Origin: Piedraia hortae CBS 480.64
Taxonomy: Eukaryota
Assembly (NCBI GenBank): GCA_010093745.1
Contig: MU005976.1
Span: forward strand, 1-64,000
Length of the DNA stretch: 64,000 nucleotides
Reading direction: 5' to 3'
Positions 58,424 through 64,000 of the stretch are shown here, one piece after another. The position numbers and the translations under genes are program-made. The notes beneath the pieces were generated by a model that was not told where the DNA came from, did not search any database, and saw only the letters and a program-made list of their open reading frames with translations. Every line of letters starts with the position of its first letter. Position 1 is the stretch's first letter.

Positions 58424-61400
58424 ATGAGCACAAAGATCGCGCCCTGGCTGCAAGGCCTGGACGAAACATGGGACGTGCCAAACAATAATGCGGAAGATAT
58501 TGCCTCATCAGCATCTGGATCCCAGGACAATCATAAACCATGGCGGAGTGTGAGCGGCTCTCAGGATCCAACGTCTACCGTGCAAATGCAACGGAGCCCT
58601 CTAGCACCGCTGAGCAAAGCCAATGCAAACTCCATGGCCTATAGCAATGGAACCACTAGGATGGCAGGCCATCGTTCGGTTTCCTTTTCGTCAGGCCAGT
58701 CGGGCTGCGAATACGATACAGTGCAGCAGAGGCCAAAAAGCGCCTCCCCAACTAAGGCACAAGAAACTCTGGAGTGGAAAAGGCGGCTTGTACGAGGTGG
58801 TGTTGGATACAGTGACCAGACCGATCTCTTTGGGCCGTCTGGGCTGGAGAATCTCTTTGCAAGACCCAAAGGCCCAGAGAATGAGGCGCCAAAGCCTAAA
58901 AACCGAATGAATTGGTTGCAAAAATCGACAGATGTCCATTCTAATGCCCGGCCATTCTCCAGTGAGGTTGGGAATCACCAGCGAACTGACCAGGCTGAGC
59001 ATGGTTCGCAGAGAAATGACACTCTGTGCTCGAGTGAAGGCGATAACAGCGCCAGGAGTGATCCCTTCAACCTCCATGTAACTGACGTGGTTGAGAATAG
59101 CCCACAATCTGAGAAGACAGCCAGGCCCGACAAGGCCGATGAGAGAGGGGGCAGTCGTGTTGTTAGTGGCCAGACGGTGTTGGACCAAGAGGATTTCAGT
59201 CCTGTGTTTCTTTCCAAGCACACCTCAGTTGACGGCAGAATTGACTATGCTCCCATGGACTCGCACGCCATGAAGCAACTGGAGACGATGAGGATCCAGG
59301 TTCGGCACCCCAGCGATGATGAGAACATGCAACCGAATGTGGACTCTGAAGACTCTGCCATCATCAACAGCCAGCTGCTGAATGACACCGCAGCTATCGG
59401 TGCGGACTTTTCTCTTTCTGAGAACCTACCAATGGGCACGCCACCACTGTCCCGCCTGAATCCCAACGTTGAAATCACTCGCGGTGGCTACTCAAACATC
59501 GGGTCGTTTAAGAATCGATCACTGAGCCCTTCGCCAAGCAAGGACGACCTGTCACTGCCTCAAGAGACGTCACAGCTTCCATCTCGTCCACTTCCGTCCA
59601 CTCCTCTCCGCCCCGTAACCCCTAATCCGTCGAAATCAAGGTCTTCTGGTAGCCACTTGAAGCTATTTGCTGCTCATGATACTTTTACCAACAAACGATT
59701 ACTGAGACGCATGAGCCAGCTGGATCCTGATGGGAATCCCTACGCAGAGGAGCAACAGACCAGCGAAACCGACTCCGGTACCGTCCGGCAACATGTTACG
59801 CCCTTTGGCAGTGGCAGCTTGAATGGCCACACGTTTGACGCAGAGATCACCGTTACTGGCGCGTCCAACTCTTCGGGCGATCAGACACCTGGTTCGGATG
59901 TCCCCGTTCCTGGTAGTAAGGCTCCGATCAGATTCCGGGTTGAGAGTACGCCGTCTAACGATGAAGAGTCGGAGGTGAAGCGCAAGAAGCCTCCGCATGC
60001 AGCCCATTCTTCTTCGCACTCTAAAATTCATCATCCACGAGTGTCCGCTCTACAGCCTACGGTTGAAGACGCTTCTGACATGGATGCTTATCATCAGCGC
60101 GATGGCTGCAAGAGGCCGCCCACCTCACCATTCAAAGATCCTACTCCAAAAAGGCGTCGTACTTTACACGCTTCAGAGCTCGATGACGATATGTCAGAGG
60201 CCAACCGGTCGTATCATCAGCATCTGCACGAGCTGTCCACAAGCCGCGCTCGAAAAGAAGTACACCGTCATAAGCGTTCTGCACAGGCGTACCCTTCATC
60301 TCGCAGGCTTAGTCGTCCGCGCAATCCAACGCCTAGTCAGCGCCGCAGAGAACAGATTGAGGCAGAAATCATCGAGGCAACGGATGAGTTTGCAGCACGA
60401 GAGCCTAGGATGCTAGAGGCTGTTATGGACCAATTGGAGAGTTCAGCTGTGGACCCAGATGGGCCCAATACATTACAGCAGCAAGCTGAAGCAGTCGCAG
60501 CCGAAGTTGCCAACTTCACGTTTAGGATACAGAAGCCATCTGGCGAACACGGCAAGCGGAAGCCTTCGGTCACCACCCAAGACTTTCTCAACGAAGCCAT
60601 GATGGTCATGCAGCTCATCCGATCCAGAGCTCGTCCGCGCAGCAATCTGGGAAGCGTTGAGGAATCTGACGCAGAAGCCCTGACTTCGAGGATAGAAGAG
60701 TCTGCGCAGAATGGATCGTCGCTGCGCATCTCGAGGCCGCCATCACGCGAGGGCGGACACAGTGGTTGGAGGTCTGCAGCCAACTCGACCCCCAAAGACG
60801 CGAGAGTTGTTAGCCACTTGCGTAAATTCCAGGAAAACAACGACACGGAGTTCATTGCAGCATCCGTTGCCTCGCTGCGCATCGATGACGACCGGCACAG
60901 TGCTTTGATGATTAATGAACCAGCACAAATCACCGTCCGGCCTCCGTCAACTATCCCCGACGTCGACGATGAACAGACACGCCAATACTGTCACTCACAG
61001 CGGTCGCGGGCTAGTACCCTGCACACGTACAAGTCTTCCACTGGTCGGACTGTCAATACGTGTTCCACTCGGAAGACTGATCATGTTGGCACCCTTGCAC
61101 CAGAGGAAGTGGCACACTTGATTGGCAAAGAGGTCGGAGGCATGGTCTTTGACGATAGACAACAGCGTTGGATAAAGGCCAAAAGTGCACCCAAAAAATC
61201 CAAGTCAACCCACCTGGAACCTCCTAGCACCCTCACGAGCGATGATGATCCGTTTAGGGAGATCTCTGACTTGCGTGTGGATGCGCGTCAAGAGGCCGAC
61301 CATGTTGGGCAGTCGTCTTCGGGCACGACAATGAATTTCAGGCAGGTAACGTGGGATTCAAACATGCGGCATTCATCCAACGAGACTGTCATATCTAGAC

Positions 61401-63595
61401 CTTTGACCAGTCACAACACTCATCCTCCTCGTCGAGCCCAACACTCACACTCAAGCTCTGCGCCATCTCGATATCCCACCCCGGGATCCTTCCAAGACGG
61501 GAAGCCCACGTCATGGACGGAGGAAGAACTGTCCAAGATGGCTGAGAAGACCAAGGCGAAGCAGGAGCCTCTAGCATATGCCGCTGCACAGGCAACACTG
61601 GCTATGCAAAGGGAACGCGATGTGATACATGAAGAAACCGAGAACTCTGATGCGTCCCTTCCTGGGCCTCTTGATCATCATCCCGGAAACATTAGTGAAC
61701 AAGCATCTGGCGCGGCAGAGGTCGAAAGCGCTGTAGAAGACAGCGAGATTTCCATTCAACCTATACGGTCTTCAAGGCTTCGCAATACGCCCAAGAGAGT
61801 GTCCTCAACGACGAGGCGTGGCCGTCCCACCGTGTCTCTCCGGAAGCAGACGTTGACAAACCAGCTGACGAGCGACCTGGCCGAGCGTAGTGAGCTCTCC
61901 CTCATCGCAAGCCTTCCCGGTGAGAGAATGATGAGCGTTGCGGTCAGTGTTTCAAGACCTAGAACTACAACGGACCCCAGCAGGATTGCGGAAATTCCAT
62001 CTTCTCCATCAAAAATTGCTGGTCTGAGCACAACCTTCCCCTGGAGTGATCTCAATGATTTCACCATCAGCGAGGAAGACGAGGAACGCCCATCTGAGCG
62101 TGCTCTTGCAGCTAGGATCGCTCGACATACTGCAGCTGGGTCAAACGACCGCTATGCGCTTGCCGTCAAAGACCTTGTCAAAACACTGACCGATGTGCAA
62201 GAAAAAGAGCCGTACTGGGAGGATCTGAAGCAACTCGATCTTCACCACCGGTCTCTTTCGTCGCTTGTCGGACTTGAGGACTTCTGCCGACGTCTGGAGG
62301 AAATGGACGTTTCTCAAAACGACCTGACGCAGTTGGACGGTGCACCATCAAGCATCAGAATCCTCCGAGCATGTCACAATCGCCTGAGCAGTATAACACA
62401 CTGGGGGCAGTTGAGCAACCTGCAGTATCTTAACCTCTCCAACAACCTGCTAGACAGCCTGCACGGCCTCAGCCACCTGGTACATTTACGCGAGATCATA
62501 GCTGACGACAACCAAATCACCAGCATTGACGGCATCTTCGCACTCGATGGCCTGTTAAAACTCCGCCTGCGCCGCAACAAACTACAACGCATCGACTTTG
62601 GCACTTCTTATCTCAAACGTCTCACAGACCTCGACCTAAGCGACAACGACATCAGCATCGTCGAAAACATCGATCGCCTGGACGATCTCACAACCCTCCG
62701 CTTAGACGGGAACATGCTCCCAAGTGGCGTGCGCACATCACACTCCATGGCCAAACTCAAAACCCTCTCCCTCCGCGACAGCGGAGTCGAAACCCTCTCC
62801 GTGGGTGTCTTCCCAGGTCTCCAATCCCTTAACGTAGACGACAACCGTCTCCCCACCATAACCGAAATCTCCAACCTCCACCTAACTGTCCTCTCAATGC
62901 GTCGCCAGACCCTCCCTCAAGCCACCCCATTGTCAATCCTCTCCCAACCCCTCGACACCCGCATCCTAAACCTCTCCGGCAACGTCCTGCAAGCCCTAAA
63001 TTTCACCCACAGCTTCCTCGACCTCCGCACCCTCGAACTTGCAAGTGTGGGGCTACAATCCCTGCCCGAGGATTTCGGAATCTTAATGCCCAACCTTCGA
63101 ACTTTAAACCTCAACTTCAACAATCTAAGCGACATCCGTCCACTAGTCAATATCCAGAACTTGCAGACCCTCACCCTCTGCGGGAACAGGATCGATAGGC
63201 TCAGGAAATCAGCGGCGACGCTGTCTAAACTCCCAACGCTGAGGGAACTAGATATAAGGGATAATCCACTTACTAGGGGGTTTTATCCCCCCGTTATCAC
63301 GCAGCTTAGGGAGGGTTGTGTTGCGGTTGCTACATCCACGGAGGAGGTTGATGGGGATGGGGATGAGGGACGGTACTCCCTCCCCCCCGCATCCCAAACA
63401 GAGGATGTATCGCATATGGGCAAAAGCGACGATGAGACAAAATTGAGAAGACGGGTGTATGGGTTATTGGCCGCGCATAATTGTTCACATTTGGAGAGGT
63501 TGGATGGATTGCCGTTTGAGAGGGAGTTGGTTGGAGTTAGAGACGAGGTTTGGGAGAGGTTACTTGAGTTGGGGGTTGTGAGGAGGTCGAATTGA
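58424..63595 (+). CDS. NUD1: Septation-initiation/mitotic-exit scaffold with C-terminal leucine-rich repeats (Nud1/Cdc11/SepK-like), 1723 aa
   Basis: Long disordered N-terminus with EWKRRLV, DLFGPSGLENLF and LKLFAAHDTFTNKRLLRRMSQL, then EPYWEDL and more than 12 LxxLxLxxN repeats. Confidence 0.88.
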   Translation: MSTKIAPWLQGLDETWDVPNNNAEDIASSASGSQDNHKPWRSVSGSQDPTSTVQMQRSPLAPLSKANANSMAYSNGTTRMAGHRSVSFSSGQSGCEYDTVQQRPKSASPTKAQETLEWKRRLVRGGVGYSDQTDLFGPSGLENLFARPKGPENEAPKPKNRMNWLQKSTDVHSNARPFSSEVGNHQRTDQAEHGSQRNDTLCSSEGDNSARSDPFNLHVTDVVENSPQSEKTARPDKADERGGSRVVSGQTVLDQEDFSPVFLSKHTSVDGRIDYAPMDSHAMKQLETMRIQVRHPSDDENMQPNVDSEDSAIINSQLLNDTAAIGADFSLSENLPMGTPPLSRLNPNVEITRGGYSNIGSFKNRSLSPSPSKDDLSLPQETSQLPSRPLPSTPLRPVTPNPSKSRSSGSHLKLFAAHDTFTNKRLLRRMSQLDPDGNPYAEEQQTSETDSGTVRQHVTPFGSGSLNGHTFDAEITVTGASNSSGDQTPGSDVPVPGSKAPIRFRVESTPSNDEESEVKRKKPPHAAHSSSHSKIHHPRVSALQPTVEDASDMDAYHQRDGCKRPPTSPFKDPTPKRRRTLHASELDDDMSEANRSYHQHLHELSTSRARKEVHRHKRSAQAYPSSRRLSRPRNPTPSQRRREQIEAEIIEATDEFAAREPRMLEAVMDQLESSAVDPDGPNTLQQQAEAVAAEVANFTFRIQKPSGEHGKRKPSVTTQDFLNEAMMVMQLIRSRARPRSNLGSVEESDAEALTSRIEESAQNGSSLRISRPPSREGGHSGWRSAANSTPKDARVVSHLRKFQENNDTEFIAASVASLRIDDDRHSALMINEPAQITVRPPSTIPDVDDEQTRQYCHSQRSRASTLHTYKSSTGRTVNTCSTRKTDHVGTLAPEEVAHLIGKEVGGMVFDDRQQRWIKAKSAPKKSKSTHLEPPSTLTSDDDPFREISDLRVDARQEADHVGQSSSGTTMNFRQVTWDSNMRHSSNETVISRPLTSHNTHPPRRAQHSHSSSAPSRYPTPGSFQDGKPTSWTEEELSKMAEKTKAKQEPLAYAAAQATLAMQRERDVIHEETENSDASLPGPLDHHPGNISEQASGAAEVESAVEDSEISIQPIRSSRLRNTPKRVSSTTRRGRPTVSLRKQTLTNQLTSDLAERSELSLIASLPGERMMSVAVSVSRPRTTTDPSRIAEIPSSPSKIAGLSTTFPWSDLNDFTISEEDEERPSERALAARIARHTAAGSNDRYALAVKDLVKTLTDVQEKEPYWEDLKQLDLHHRSLSSLVGLEDFCRRLEEMDVSQNDLTQLDGAPSSIRILRACHNRLSSITHWGQLSNLQYLNLSNNLLDSLHGLSHLVHLREIIADDNQITSIDGIFALDGLLKLRLRRNKLQRIDFGTSYLKRLTDLDLSDNDISIVENIDRLDDLTTLRLDGNMLPSGVRTSHSMAKLKTLSLRDSGVETLSVGVFPGLQSLNVDDNRLPTITEISNLHLTVLSMRRQTLPQATPLSILSQPLDTRILNLSGNVLQALNFTHSFLDLRTLELASVGLQSLPEDFGILMPNLRTLNLNFNNLSDIRPLVNIQNLQTLTLCGNRIDRLRKSAATLSKLPTLRELDIRDNPLTRGFYPPVITQLREGCVAVATSTEEVDGDGDEGRYSLPPASQTEDVSHMGKSDDETKLRRRVYGLLAAHNCSHLERLDGLPFERELVGVRDEVWERLLELGVVRRSN

Positions 63596-64000
63596 CGTGG
63601 TCAGGAGGGGATGATAATGGGGAGTTTTGTTATGGATTGGCGTTGGGGCATACATAGGTGGGTGTTTTAATGATATTTCACTTTTTCGGTTGTCATGGAA
63701 TGTTAAGGGTTTCTCTGTAGATGGTCCGATGCTTTATACTGTAGAGGTGTCATGTGGCGTCGGCGGGATCGTGGTCTCATGGAATAGAACTTTTGGTTAA
63801 GGGCCTCCCCCCCTTTTGCCCGTCACATTAGTGGAATGTTGCGAGTCATTGAAAAGTCAACCCCTTATTTTCCTACCTAGCGTTACGAGAGAATCCTACA
63901 CAACCGCTTGAATTCCCACATGCGCCAAGCCCTTTTCCCCCTATTTATATTTTGACTCCATCAATTTCCACTACCTATTCTCCTTCAACTCAGCTCTATT

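Noticed and set aside
18163..63174. Many short antisense or alternate-frame ORFs overlapping the long genes
   Set aside because: They are expected shadows of GC-balanced coding sequence and carry no independent motifs.
1..64000. Prokaryotic systems (CRISPR arrays, operons, retrons)
   Set aside because: The genes are eukaryotic with spliceosomal introns; the repeats are dispersed with TSDs, not regularly interspaced; no cas gene or bacterial RT was seen.

Overview
Eukaryotic, fungal DNA (filamentous ascomycete, probably Dothideomycete-like, inferred from gene content and 46-53 nt GT..AG introns with CTAAC-type branch sites). Two compact blocks carry conserved genes: about 18.1-44 kb (RSM19, MRE11, TAF10, DUF4188, DUF92, SIP5, SYN8, a RING/TRAF protein, a NACHT-WD40 NLR, a HAL4/SAT4 kinase) and about 55.3-63.6 kb (a hypothetical gene and NUD1/cdc11). 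Two accessory, repeat-rich blocks lie at about 1-17.5 kb and 44-55 kb. They hold at least six families of short solo-LTR-like repeats (labelled A-G here), most with readable 5-bp target-site duplications and some nested three deep, plus degenerate copia and MULE remnants. They also hold broken copies of regulatory genes (SKP1, an ASH1-like SET methyltransferase split by an LTR, an F-box/LRR-like gene). The least familiar signals are (i) a four-copy small-protein family ending in YDPHGGxYYW that I do not recognise, (ii) a 119-bp element with AGTTG...AACT termini and 5-bp TSDs, and (iii) a gag-only retroelement with extra hydrophobic ORFs between housekeeping genes. All homology calls come from motif recognition by eye; no searches were run. 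No rRNA, tRNA or CRISPR array was recognised.
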